The position numbers were made by a program, and so were the translations under genes. The notes beneath the pieces are model-generated. The model had not been told where the DNA came from. It did no database searches and worked only from the letters and a program-made list of their open reading frames with translations. Of a stretch of DNA of 64,000 bases, positions 47,162 to 56,163 are shown piece after piece; position 1 is the stretch's first letter, and every line of letters starts with the position of its first letter. Source of the DNA: Deltaproteobacteria bacterium (lineage in GTDB: Bacteria; Myxococcota_A; UBA9160; SMWR01); NCBI GenBank assembly GCA_032128115.1, contig JAQBHB010000014.1:1-64000 (forward strand). Direction: 5' to 3'.

Positions 47162-47529
47162 CGGGTTCTTCGGCGCGCCCCGCGCCACGCGTTCCCCGCT
47201 GGGGATTCTCGACCCACCGCAGCGCCGTTCCCGTCGGGAAAGCGGCAAAATCTCTGCGTCGAATACACATTGTTGCTTGACTCCTCTGCCGAGCCGGGCG
47301 TACCGTTTGATCGCGGATCGGCCGTCGGGTCCGTCGCGTGCATCGGGTCACCCGGAGGGGCTTGCGCCCGGAAGCGCGCGCGCACTCTCGAACGCAGACC
47401 GTCTGCGAACGGTCTGGCTGCCGCGCCGCTCAAGCGAGCTCGGCTCGGACGCTGAGGCGTCCCCTCGAGGGATGGCGAACCACTGCGCAGGCCGCCGCGC
47501 GACGCGCGGCGCAGGCGCGGGACGGCGAG

Positions 47530-47565
47530 GCGCCCGGTGTGAGAACTCGTTTCTCCGCCGGGCGC
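47530..47565 (-). terminator. Hairpin immediately after the PEP-CTERM gene stop
   Basis: GCGCCCGGTG-T-GAGAA-CTCGT-TTCTC-CGCCGGGCGC. Confidence 0.55.
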
Positions 47566-48404
47566 TAGTCGTTTCGACCGTCGGCTCGCGCCGGCCGCCG
47601 TTCGCGCCAGCGGTGCAACGCCCCCAGTCCCAACAGGCCGCTCACGAGTTGCAGGGCATGACCCGGCTCGGGGACGAACTTGAGCACCGCCAGGTCCGAT
47701 TGGGTGCCCGTGTTGTTCAGGCGGCCGGCGGCCACCACGTCGCCGCCGTCCACCGCCACGGCCACGGCCCTGTCATTCATCGATGCGGTTCCATCCACTA
47801 CGCCCTGCCACACCACGTTGCCGGTCGCGGCTTCGAGCTTCACCACGAACACGTCGGCGCCGGTGGCCAGGCTCGTGGTGAAGCCCGCCGCCACCACGTT
47901 GCCGTTGTTCTCGACGGTCACGGCGAAGGCCACGTCGTCGAGCCCGTCGGCCCCGTCGATCGACGTGCGCCAGAGTTCCATGCCGTCGGTTCCGTCGAGC
48001 TTGATCACGAGAAAGTCCGAGTCAACGGCCAGACCCGGCTCGTCCCCCGCGGCGATTACGTCGTCGAATGGATCGACCGTGACGGCAAGTGCACCGCCTG
48101 TGCCCAGGCTCTCGCCCCAGATCTCGACGCCGGTGGTGCCATCGAGCTTCGCAACGAAGAAATTGGGGCCCGTGCCCACCTCGAAGACCACGCCCGACAC
48201 GATGACGTGGCCGGCGCTGTCGACCGCCACCGAGAAGGCCTGGTCGGCGTCGCTCGATAGGCCGTCCACGCTGGTCGTCCAGTCCGGGTCCTTGATCGGC
48301 TGGCCAGAGGCCGCCGCCGGGAGACCCAGCCAACACAGCATCAGCACCAGGCGGGCGGTTCGGAGTCCCGGCCGCCGGGCCCGAAAGCGGAAACATTTCG
48401 GCAC
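47565..48404 (-). CDS. PEP-CTERM exoprotein with beta-propeller (PQQ-like) repeats
   Basis: Repeats of AxxVAVDxxGxVxxxG...FxVxKLDGxxGxExW; C-terminal VPEPGHALQLVSGLLGLGALHRWRERR. Confidence 0.85.
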   Translation of the reverse strand: MPKCFRFRARRPGLRTARLVLMLCWLGLPAAASGQPIKDPDWTTSVDGLSSDADQAFSVAVDSAGHVIVSGVVFEVGTGPNFFVAKLDGTTGVEIWGESLGTGGALAVTVDPFDDVIAAGDEPGLAVDSDFLVIKLDGTDGMELWRTSIDGADGLDDVAFAVTVENNGNVVAAGFTTSLATGADVFVVKLEAATGNVVWQGVVDGTASMNDRAVAVAVDGGDVVAAGRLNNTGTQSDLAVLKFVPEPGHALQLVSGLLGLGALHRWRERRPARADGRND

Positions 48405-49306
48405 TCGGGAATGCTAGCCCCGGCGACGTCCCGAGACCCATCGAAACCCCTGGATCCGCGGGGTTTTTCGCGGACCGGTGGGAGGTGGCGCGGCGTTTCG
48501 GGTGCCGAAAAACGCGCATCCGGTCGAGACCTTCGAGCCGCTTCTGCCGGGTCTCCCGCCGCCCCTGGATGCCGCCGGCGTTGCTCGAGATCGCGCCGGC
48601 AATCGCGATCCAAGCCGGCCGGCAGCCTCCCGGTGAACGCGCGCCACCAGTGACGGAGCACCACGCGCGCATCGACCCGTGGGTACATCAGGCAGCCGCT
48701 GTGGGTGCAGTGCCCATCCACCTCGTGGTCGTCCCGCCGCACGAGACCCAGCAGGTGACCGAGCTCGTGCTGCACCACGAAGCGTTCGATCTCTGCTCCC
48801 CGGATGGCCAGGAAAGAGCGGGCGTGAACGGTCTCGTGCCCGATCACCGCAAAACCCGCCTCCGGAAACGCGACACCCAGCGTATAGCGAGCCTCTTCGG
48901 CGTCGAAGCGCCGCGGCACGAACAGCAGATACAGGTGCTCGGTCCCGGGTTCGGGAACCAGGTTCCGGCGGGCGCGATGCAGTGCGAAGACCTGGTCATC
49001 CGAAACCACCTGACCCTCGACGAATGGTCGACCCCCGGGAAGACGCGGGATCAATTCGTGCAGCGCTACGCGCACGCCCTCCGCCGGCTGCGCGTAACGT
49101 TCGAGGAAGCGTTGCGCGCCTTCGACGCTTGTTTGCGAAGGCCGGCTCCCTGGCAGCCAGTCGATCTCCACCAGGATCCGGCGCGCCGAGAGGATCCGGT
49201 CGCCCTGCCCGGGGCCTGGCGCCGCCGGATCGGGGCGAGGCGGATGATGGATCGAACAGCCCAGGGCCACGGTCAGGAGCCCGAGCCCGACTTGATTCCG
49301 GTTCAC
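48341..49306 (-). CDS. Zinc metallopeptidase lipoprotein (HExxH)
   Basis: VALGC lipobox; HELGHLLGL...GHC...CLMYP Met-turn; GTGA-coupled to the upstream gene; low-complexity C-terminal extension. Confidence 0.7.
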   Translation of the reverse strand: MNRNQVGLGLLTVALGCSIHHPPRPDPAAPGPGQGDRILSARRILVEIDWLPGSRPSQTSVEGAQRFLERYAQPAEGVRVALHELIPRLPGGRPFVEGQVVSDDQVFALHRARRNLVPEPGTEHLYLLFVPRRFDAEEARYTLGVAFPEAGFAVIGHETVHARSFLAIRGAEIERFVVQHELGHLLGLVRRDDHEVDGHCTHSGCLMYPRVDARVVLRHWWRAFTGRLPAGLDRDCRRDLEQRRRHPGAAGDPAEAARRSRPDARFSAPETPRHLPPVREKPRGSRGFDGSRDVAGASIPECRNVSAFGPGGRDSEPPAWC

Positions 49307-49995
49307 TCGAGAAAGAGAAGCGGATTCAAGGGGTCTTGTCCGTTGCGCACTTCGAAGTGCACGTGGGGGCCGCGGGCATTGCCGCTGGCGCCCACCTCGG
49401 CGATCACGTCGCCCTTCTCGACGAACTCGCCTGTGCGCACGTGATTGCGATGATTGTGGGCGTAGACCGTCTTGTAGGATCCCGCGTGCTTGAGGATCAC
49501 CACCTTCCCGTAGTCGCCCAGCCCGGCGCCGCTGTGGATCACACGCCCCGCCTCGGCCGCCCGGATCGGTGTGCCGCGGCGCGCGGGGATGTCGATGCCC
49601 TCGTGCGCGTGCCCCCGGCGGGTTCCGAAGCCCGAGCTCACGCGGCCGCGGACCGGCCAGGCGAAGTCGACGTCGCCGGTGCGCGGGCTCGATGCCGCGC
49701 GCGCCTTCGCTGCGGCCGGTGCGGCAAGCAGCTTCGAAGACGATGGCCGGCGGGCCCCGGGAATCCACAGCTGGGTTCCGATCGCCACCTGCGTGACATC
49801 GCGAATCCGGTTGGCGCGCACCACGTCGCGCTGAGGGACCTGGTAGTAACTGGCAATCCGGTAGATGTTTTCGCCGGGGCGCACCACGTGAGTCACGCCC
49901 TGCCGAGGCGCAGAGGTGCACGCCACCAGCGCCAGGGCGACCAGCAGCGCGGCCACTCCCGAAGCGCAGCGCCCGCGCGCCCTCAGGTCGGCCAT
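49303..49995 (-). CDS. LysM + M23 peptidase lipoprotein (NlpD-like)
   Basis: LVAC lipobox, HVVRPGENIYRIA LysM, HEGID, YAHN, HVHFEVR. Confidence 0.9.
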   Translation of the reverse strand: MADLRARGRCASGVAALLVALALVACTSAPRQGVTHVVRPGENIYRIASYYQVPQRDVVRANRIRDVTQVAIGTQLWIPGARRPSSSKLLAAPAAAKARAASSPRTGDVDFAWPVRGRVSSGFGTRRGHAHEGIDIPARRGTPIRAAEAGRVIHSGAGLGDYGKVVILKHAGSYKTVYAHNHRNHVRTGEFVEKGDVIAEVGASGNARGPHVHFEVRNGQDPLNPLLFLE

Positions 49996-50651
49996 CCGTA
50001 AGTGCCCACGAGATCCACGAAGCGGGCGCGTCCGATCACCTCGCGGCTCAGGCGCCCGTCGCGGCTGCGGCGCACGCGCAGTAGCCTCTGTTCGTCGCGG
50101 GTCCCGAACGGACCTACCAGGCGCCCCCCGGGCGCCAGCTGCTCGAGAAGCGGCACCGGGATTTCCGGGCCACCCGCGGTGACCACGATGGCGTCGAAAG
50201 GCGCTTGCGCCGGGCGCCCGCGGGATCCATCGCCCAGGTACACCACCACGTTGCAAAGGCCCAGCCGATCCAGCGAGCGGCGGGCCTGAGCGGCCAGGCG
50301 CGGCACGCGCTCGATCGAGATCACGCGAGCCGCCAGGTGCGAAAGGATCGCGGCCTGGTAGCCAGAGCCGGTGCCGACCTCCAGTACCGTCTCGCTCCCG
50401 GTCAGTTCCAGGGCCGCCGTCATGGCCGCCACCACGCGCGGTGCCGAGATCGTCTGCCCGTCCCCGATGGGCAGCGCCGCCTCGCGGTAGGCCGATCCAC
50501 GCAGGGACTCCGGAATCAGGACGTGACGCGGCACGCGCGTGAACGCGTCATATAGCCGTTCGCGGCCCGGGCCCTCGGCCACCAGGCGCTCGGCCATGCG
50601 TTTGCGGGGCAGCACGTACTGCGCCAGCCCCGGTACTCGCCGCTCGGACAC
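49983..50651 (-). CDS. pcm: Protein-L-isoaspartate O-methyltransferase
   Basis: GQTISAP, LEVGTGSGYQAA, APFDAIVVTA, FVDLVG. Confidence 0.93.
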   Translation of the reverse strand: MSERRVPGLAQYVLPRKRMAERLVAEGPGRERLYDAFTRVPRHVLIPESLRGSAYREAALPIGDGQTISAPRVVAAMTAALELTGSETVLEVGTGSGYQAAILSHLAARVISIERVPRLAAQARRSLDRLGLCNVVVYLGDGSRGRPAQAPFDAIVVTAGGPEIPVPLLEQLAPGGRLVGPFGTRDEQRLLRVRRSRDGRLSREVIGRARFVDLVGTYGWPT

Positions 50652-50775
50652 TCCCACCCCCCGGAAGCGAAGAGTCCTGCCCTGCTGCGCGGGGCCGGAA
50701 GCCCGCACGAGACTGCAGCTTAGGGGCGAAGCCCGCGGAATCGCAACGTCCCGCGGGTCGACCTCGAAGGTCCTG

Positions 50776-51948
50776 TCACCGCCCCGCCGCCCGGGCCACG
50801 GCCTGGCGTGCCTCGGGCGACCGGGCCAGCGCCAGGGCCGTGAGCGCCAGCGCCCGGGCCGCCTCCAGCATGCCAGCCTCACCCTGGGGCCTGGTCGTGG
50901 CCTCCGCGAACTCGCGGGTGTGGAGCTTCAGGTGGGACCCGATGGGAAAGTTCGGGTGGATCGTGGGAACCACGCGTGAAACGTGGGTGATGTCGCTGGA
51001 GCCGATCGCCGCGTCCGGCGCGTCATCGGTTTCCACGAGTTCGAGACGCGTGAGCTGTTGGCGATAGAGATCGGCCAGCGCCAGGTTCGGGCGCATGGGC
51101 GGCGAGCTGCTCTCCGACTCGTCGATCTCGAGACGGGTGCCCGAGGCGGCTGCCGCGCCCTCGGCGCAGCGCACCACCCGCGCCGCCGCATCCTCGAGCA
51201 CGTCCTCGTCCAGGGCTCGCACCCAGATCCGGGCCGCCGCACGTTCGGGGATCACGTTGGGCGCCCGCCCGCCATCGGACACGATGCCGTGCACGCGCAC
51301 GCTGCTGGGCAGCTGCTGGCGCAGCAGGCCCAGCGCCACGAAGAGGCCGATCACCCCATCGAGCGCGTTGATTCCCTGCTCCGGGTACGCAGCCGCGTGT
51401 GCGGCGCGTCCGTGAAATACAAACTCGAATTTCCGATTGCCGAGGAACAGGCGGTGCGCGCGACGCATGTCTGCCGCGTGGGCCATCATGGCGACGTCGG
51501 CGTCGTCGAACGCCCCCGCTTCCACCAGCCGGCGCTTGCCCACCCCGATCTCCTCGGCGGGGCAGCCCACCACCAGTACGCGCAGGGCGTCGTCCGGGAG
51601 CACCTCCAACAGCGACGACGCCGCCAGCAGGCTGGCGGGGCCCGACAGGTTGTGCCCGCAGGCGTGCCCGATCTCGGGCAGGGCGTCCATCTCCGCCAGC
51701 AGCGCCACCTCCAGGGGGGCGCCCGGGCCGCCGTGGCGGGCCAGGAAGGCCGTCTCGAGACCGCCCGCTCCGGTCTGGACGTCGAAGCCCCGGGCCTCCA
51801 GGTAGGCGATGTAGCGAGCGCTCGTCTCGTGTTCCGCCAGCGAGAGCTCGGGGTGATCCGACATCCAGCGAACCAGGGCCAGCGCCTCATCGGCGCCCCG
51901 GTCGATGGCGGCCAGGAGCCGGTCGATCTCTTTGTCGGGAGTCGTCAC
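50776..51948 (-). CDS. M20 family amidohydrolase
   Basis: HPEL, EMDALP, HACGHN, PAEE, GRAAHAA..PEQGINALD, GSSD. Confidence 0.9.
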   Translation of the reverse strand: MTTPDKEIDRLLAAIDRGADEALALVRWMSDHPELSLAEHETSARYIAYLEARGFDVQTGAGGLETAFLARHGGPGAPLEVALLAEMDALPEIGHACGHNLSGPASLLAASSLLEVLPDDALRVLVVGCPAEEIGVGKRRLVEAGAFDDADVAMMAHAADMRRAHRLFLGNRKFEFVFHGRAAHAAAYPEQGINALDGVIGLFVALGLLRQQLPSSVRVHGIVSDGGRAPNVIPERAAARIWVRALDEDVLEDAAARVVRCAEGAAAASGTRLEIDESESSSPPMRPNLALADLYRQQLTRLELVETDDAPDAAIGSSDITHVSRVVPTIHPNFPIGSHLKLHTREFAEATTRPQGEAGMLEAARALALTALALARSPEARQAVARAAGR

Positions 51949-51965
51949 GGAATCCGGCCCCCCCT

Positions 51966-52499
51966 TCAGGCGGCGTCGTCGGGCAGGTCGAGCACCATGA
52001 GAAGCTCGTCCTCGTAGGCATCGTCGATCTTGAGGGCCCTGCGCTCGACTCCGAAGACGGTGAAGCCGAACTGCTCATAGAGCCGGATCGCCACGTCGCT
52101 GCTGGTACTCACGCGCACGTGGATCTGCTCGACGCCCTCCATCTCGCGGGTCAGGTCGAAGGCCGCCGCCAACAGGGCCTGGCCGAGGCCGCCACCGCGT
52201 TGCTCCGGTACCACGTACAGACCGAACAGGCGCGCCTTGTGGCGCGCCTTGACCTCGAGCTCCCGCGCGAGGCCCAGCACTCCCGTCAGGCGCGGACGGA
52301 AGACGCCCAGGATGGTGAGCGGGCTCCCCGGGAACTCCCCGTTCAGCGAGTTCTCCAGGAAATCGATGGACAGGCCCGGATCGTCCTCGGGTGAGGACGC
52401 GAAGGCACGGGAGTCGGTCTCGAGCGCCCTCCGACGCAGCTCCACGTAGGCGCCCGCGTCCCTGCCCGTCAGGCGGCGAACCCGGGTTCGGTGCGTCAC
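51966..52499 (-). CDS. GNAT family N-acetyltransferase
   Basis: LYVVPEQRGGGLG, AIRLYEQFGF; start estimated. Confidence 0.85.
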   Translation of the reverse strand: MTHRTRVRRLTGRDAGAYVELRRRALETDSRAFASSPEDDPGLSIDFLENSLNGEFPGSPLTILGVFRPRLTGVLGLARELEVKARHKARLFGLYVVPEQRGGGLGQALLAAAFDLTREMEGVEQIHVRVSTSSDVAIRLYEQFGFTVFGVERRALKIDDAYEDELLMVLDLPDDAA

Positions 52500-52636
52500 G
52501 TTCGAATAGCGTAGCTCGGGCGCGAGGCGCCCCCACTCGCCCCCCCCCGAGAGCGCACGGGCGGCGCGCTGCGCACGAGCACGCCGGGCTCCCGCGCGGA
52601 TGGGAATGAGCAAAGCGCCGCCCGAAGCGACGCGAC

Positions 52637-52812
52637 TCAGTGCTGACCCGGCGGATCGACGAGGGTAAAGCGTGTCGGCTTCACCACGAGCCCCACGCCG
52701 GTCATCTGCAGACCCATGGGCCGCAAGAACATCGCATCCAGCAGCACGGGAACTTCGTGCTGGCGCGAGTCGTCGCGAACGCAGCTACCAGGTTTCGGAT
52801 ACCCGAAGACAT
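52637..52812 (-). pseudogene. Possible degraded small membrane protein gene
   Basis: RBS plus ATG (MSSGIRNLVAAFA) in one frame; VPVLLDAMFLRPMGL...LVVKPTRFTLVDPPG in another frame. Confidence 0.35.
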
Positions 52813-52954
52813 CGCGAGTCCCACCTCGTCGTCTGTAGAGACGTATCGGCCATCGGGAGGCGAAGTGAAGCCCTGGCCCAGCGCCGGGCGCCCCTCCCTC
52901 AGGAGCCGGCGGGGGCCGCTGGGAATCCCGGTGCGTGCGATACTTCCGGCCTGT

Positions 52955-52990
52955 CCCTCCCACGCTCTCGGGCCCTCCCACGCTCTCGGG
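52955..52990. repeat. 2 x 18-bp perfect tandem duplication
   Basis: CCCTCCCACGCTCTCGGG twice. Confidence 0.85.
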
Positions 52991-53010
52991 AACGGGGCCA
53001 AGGAGGCTGC

Positions 53011-54951
53011 ATGGCCCGGCCGGGCGACCGCGATCTCGGAATGGATCGCCCCATCAACCGGCGCGATTTCCTGCACGGCGCCGGAGTAGCGGTGGCGGGA
53101 GGCTGGCTGGCGGGGCAGGCGCACGCGGGAGCGACTCCGCTGCCCACCGGCGCCGATCCCTCCCTCTATCCCCCGCTTCGCACGGGCTCGCGCGGCAGCC
53201 ATCCCGGGTCCTACGAGGTCGCACACCGAATGGCCTTCCAGGGGGTCAGCGACTGGGGAGAGGTGGTGGAGCGCGACCATGACGTCTACGACCTGGTTGT
53301 CGTGGGTGCCGGAATCAGCGGTCTGGCCGCCGCCTGGTTCTATCGGAAGCAACACCCGGATGCCCGCATCCTGTTGCTGGAAAACCACGACGATTTCGGC
53401 GGCCACGCCAAGCGCAACGAATTCCGGATCGACGGTCACACGCTGATCGGTTACGGCGGCAGCCAATCGCTCGAGAATCCTGGTTCCTACAGTGACGTGT
53501 CGAAGCAGCTGTTGATCGACCTGGGGGTCGACACCGACCGCTTCTACCAGGCCTACGACCGCGGGTTCTACCGGCGACACGGCCTGGCTCCGGCGCTCTT
53601 CTTCGATCGCAAGAGCTATGGCGTCGACCGACTCGTGCGCTCGGATTTGTTGGACGCGAGCTCGCGCTTCATGCAGCTCGCGAAAGTCGACGTTCCCGCG
53701 AAGGACGTAGCCGAACAGCTTCCAATCTCGCCCGAAGCGCGCGCCGACTTCTTGCGACTCGTCACCATGACGAAGGATCACCTGCCTGACCACTCGATCT
53801 TCGCGGAGCCCGAACTGCTCTCGACGATCAGCTATCGCGACTTCGTGGTCCGCTACCTGGGGATCGACAACGAAGAGGTGTTGGGCATCTTCCAGAACCT
53901 GCCGACGGGATACTGGGGCCTGGGGATCGACGCGATCCCCGCGATCGGCGCACTCATGATGGGACTTCCCGGCATCGAGGCCACGAGCCTGGGCCGCGTG
54001 AACGAGCTGGCCGCCTGGGCCGTGGGCTTGTTCCAGGAGCCCTATATCTTCCACTTCCCCGACGGCAACGCCGGCGTGGCGCGCCTGCTGGTGCGGAGCC
54101 TGATGCCCGACGTGGCGCCCGGCTCCAGCATGGAAGACATCGTGACGGCTCCGTTCGACTACGCGCGCCTGGACGACCCGGCCGCGCCGGTGCGCTTGCG
54201 ACTGAACAGCACGGTCGTTCGCGCCAGGCACGACGGCGCCTCCGACAAGGCCGGGGAAGTCGTGCTCAGCTACGTGCGCGGGGGACGAACCGGCCAGGTG
54301 CGGGCCCGCCATTGCGTGCTGGCCTGCTACAACGCGGCCATTCCCTACCTGTGCCCGGAGCTCCCGGAGGCCCAGAAGCTGGCGCTGAGCGAAGCGGTGC
54401 GGGCTCCGCTGGTCTACACCACCGCGCTGTTGCGCAACTGGCGTGCCTTCCAGCAGTTGGGACTGGCGATGGCCCTGTGTCCGGGCACGTACCACACGAT
54501 GGCCATGCTCGACTTCCCGGTGAGCCTGGGCGACTACGCCCATGCGAAGACACCGGACGACCCGATTCTCGTGCATCTGAGTGCCGTGCCGACGAAGCCG
54601 GGGCTGCCGGCCCGCGAGCAACACCGGGCCGGTCGGGCCGAGATGCTGGCCCTGTCCTTCGAAACCCTGGAACGCGGCGTCCGCGAGCAGCTGGGAGGCA
54701 TGCTGGCCGGGGGTGGATTCGATCCCGCCTTCGACATCGAGGCCCTCACGATCAACCGCTGGGCCCACGGCTACGCCTGGGACACCGAGAACCCGCTCTG
54801 GAACTCGCCAGAGGAGCGCGAAAACCCGACCCACGTGCGCGCCCGCCAGAGATTCGGCCGTATCAGCATCGCCAACTCCGACGCCGGGGGCCTTGCCTAT
54901 CTCGATTGCGCCATCGACGAGGCTCACCGGGCGGTGGCAGAACTCAGCTAG
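53011..54951 (+). CDS. Tat-exported FAD-dependent oxidoreductase (spermidine dehydrogenase-like)
   Basis: INRRDFL Tat motif, YPP.RTG.RGSHPGS, VVGAGISG, ENHDDFGGHAKRNEF, FPDGNA, NRWAHGYA. Confidence 0.85.
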   Translation: MARPGDRDLGMDRPINRRDFLHGAGVAVAGGWLAGQAHAGATPLPTGADPSLYPPLRTGSRGSHPGSYEVAHRMAFQGVSDWGEVVERDHDVYDLVVVGAGISGLAAAWFYRKQHPDARILLLENHDDFGGHAKRNEFRIDGHTLIGYGGSQSLENPGSYSDVSKQLLIDLGVDTDRFYQAYDRGFYRRHGLAPALFFDRKSYGVDRLVRSDLLDASSRFMQLAKVDVPAKDVAEQLPISPEARADFLRLVTMTKDHLPDHSIFAEPELLSTISYRDFVVRYLGIDNEEVLGIFQNLPTGYWGLGIDAIPAIGALMMGLPGIEATSLGRVNELAAWAVGLFQEPYIFHFPDGNAGVARLLVRSLMPDVAPGSSMEDIVTAPFDYARLDDPAAPVRLRLNSTVVRARHDGASDKAGEVVLSYVRGGRTGQVRARHCVLACYNAAIPYLCPELPEAQKLALSEAVRAPLVYTTALLRNWRAFQQLGLAMALCPGTYHTMAMLDFPVSLGDYAHAKTPDDPILVHLSAVPTKPGLPAREQHRAGRAEMLALSFETLERGVREQLGGMLAGGGFDPAFDIEALTINRWAHGYAWDTENPLWNSPEERENPTHVRARQRFGRISIANSDAGGLAYLDCAIDEAHRAVAELS

Positions 54952-55004
54952 ACATCCGAGGCGGTTATGCCGTAGCCTGCGCGCCACGCCGAACGGGGGA
55001 CTCC

Positions 55005-56123
55005 ATGCGCCGCCACCTTTGCGTGTTGTCGCTCGCCGCCGCCCTCGCCGGCTGCTCCTCCGGGGAGATCATCAGCCAGTGCCAGGACGGCCCGGGTGCC
55101 CACGCCGTGTGCGGATTCCAGAACCCGGAAGACCTGGCGCCCCTTGACGACGGCGCCACCCTGATCGTGAGCCAGTTTGGCGGCGCGCCCATGGACGGCA
55201 GCACGCCGGGCGGCCTGGTGGTCTTCGACATCGCGTCCGAATCGACCCGCACGGCGTACCCGAGTGATCTGGACGTCGCCGCGGGTGATCTGGACCTGGC
55301 CGCCGCCGCGTCCGAAATCCGGGATGCCGACCCGGCCTGGGGAGACCCGAGCTGCCCCGGGCCCCCGGGCGCCGACCTCAGCCCCCACGGCATCGACCTG
55401 GCGCACGGTCCCGAGGCTGCGCAGCGGCTGTTGGTGGTGAACCACGGCGGCCGCGAGGCCGTGGAGTTCTTCCAGGTCACCGGCCGCGGCCTCCGCACCG
55501 ACCTGCGCTGGCGCGGCTGCGCTCTGGCACCGGACGATTCGCTCTTCAACGATCTGGTGAACCTGCCCGATGGCGGATTCCTCGTGACGCGCATGATGGA
55601 CCGGGAGTCGCAGACGTGGGCGGCGCTGCGTTCGGCCGTGGGCGCCGACACGGGCTTCGTCTACGAATGGCAGCCGGGCGCGGGATTTCGCCCGGTGCCC
55701 GGCACCGCGGGCAACCTGCCCAACGGCATCGAACTCTCGGCCGACGGCCGCGAGATCTACCTGAATCTCTACGGAGCGGGCCAGGTGCGCCGCATCTCCC
55801 GCGACACCGGCGAGCTTCTCGCAAGTGTCGAACTCCCCAGCCCCGACAACCTGAGCTGGGCTCGCGACGGCCGCCTGTTGGTCGCCAGCCACGGCGGTGG
55901 TCTCGGCGACCAGATCCAGTGCATCCAGATGGAAGCCGGCTCCTGCCCCCAGCCCTTCTCGATCGTGGCTCTCGACCCGGAGACCCTTGAAGCCGAGATC
56001 CTCTACGAAAACTCCGGCCCGCCCATGGGCGCCGGCAGCGTCGCCCTCGACCTGGGCGAGCAACTCGTGATCGGCTCCTACGCCGGCGACCGCCTGCTCT
56101 TCGTCAAGCCCGAAGTCCGATGA
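55005..56123 (+). CDS. SMP-30/gluconolactonase/arylesterase (paraoxonase-like) lipoprotein
   Basis: LAGC lipobox; NPEDL, PHGI, VVNHGG, FND, PNGI, PDN. Confidence 0.8.
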   Translation: MRRHLCVLSLAAALAGCSSGEIISQCQDGPGAHAVCGFQNPEDLAPLDDGATLIVSQFGGAPMDGSTPGGLVVFDIASESTRTAYPSDLDVAAGDLDLAAAASEIRDADPAWGDPSCPGPPGADLSPHGIDLAHGPEAAQRLLVVNHGGREAVEFFQVTGRGLRTDLRWRGCALAPDDSLFNDLVNLPDGGFLVTRMMDRESQTWAALRSAVGADTGFVYEWQPGAGFRPVPGTAGNLPNGIELSADGREIYLNLYGAGQVRRISRDTGELLASVELPSPDNLSWARDGRLLVASHGGGLGDQIQCIQMEAGSCPQPFSIVALDPETLEAEILYENSGPPMGAGSVALDLGEQLVIGSYAGDRLLFVKPEVR

Positions 56124-56163
56124 GTCTTCCGCGTCCCGTGGCGAGTACCTGTGGCGAGTGGTG

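Noticed and set aside
47300..47565. SRP RNA, tmRNA or RNase P RNA
   Set aside because: No SRP GGAA-loop/AGCAG core, no tmRNA tRNA-like ends, no GAGGAAAGUCC.
52702..54987. 761-aa minus-strand ORF
   Set aside because: Antisense to the Tat flavoprotein; only its last codons may belong to a small pseudogene.
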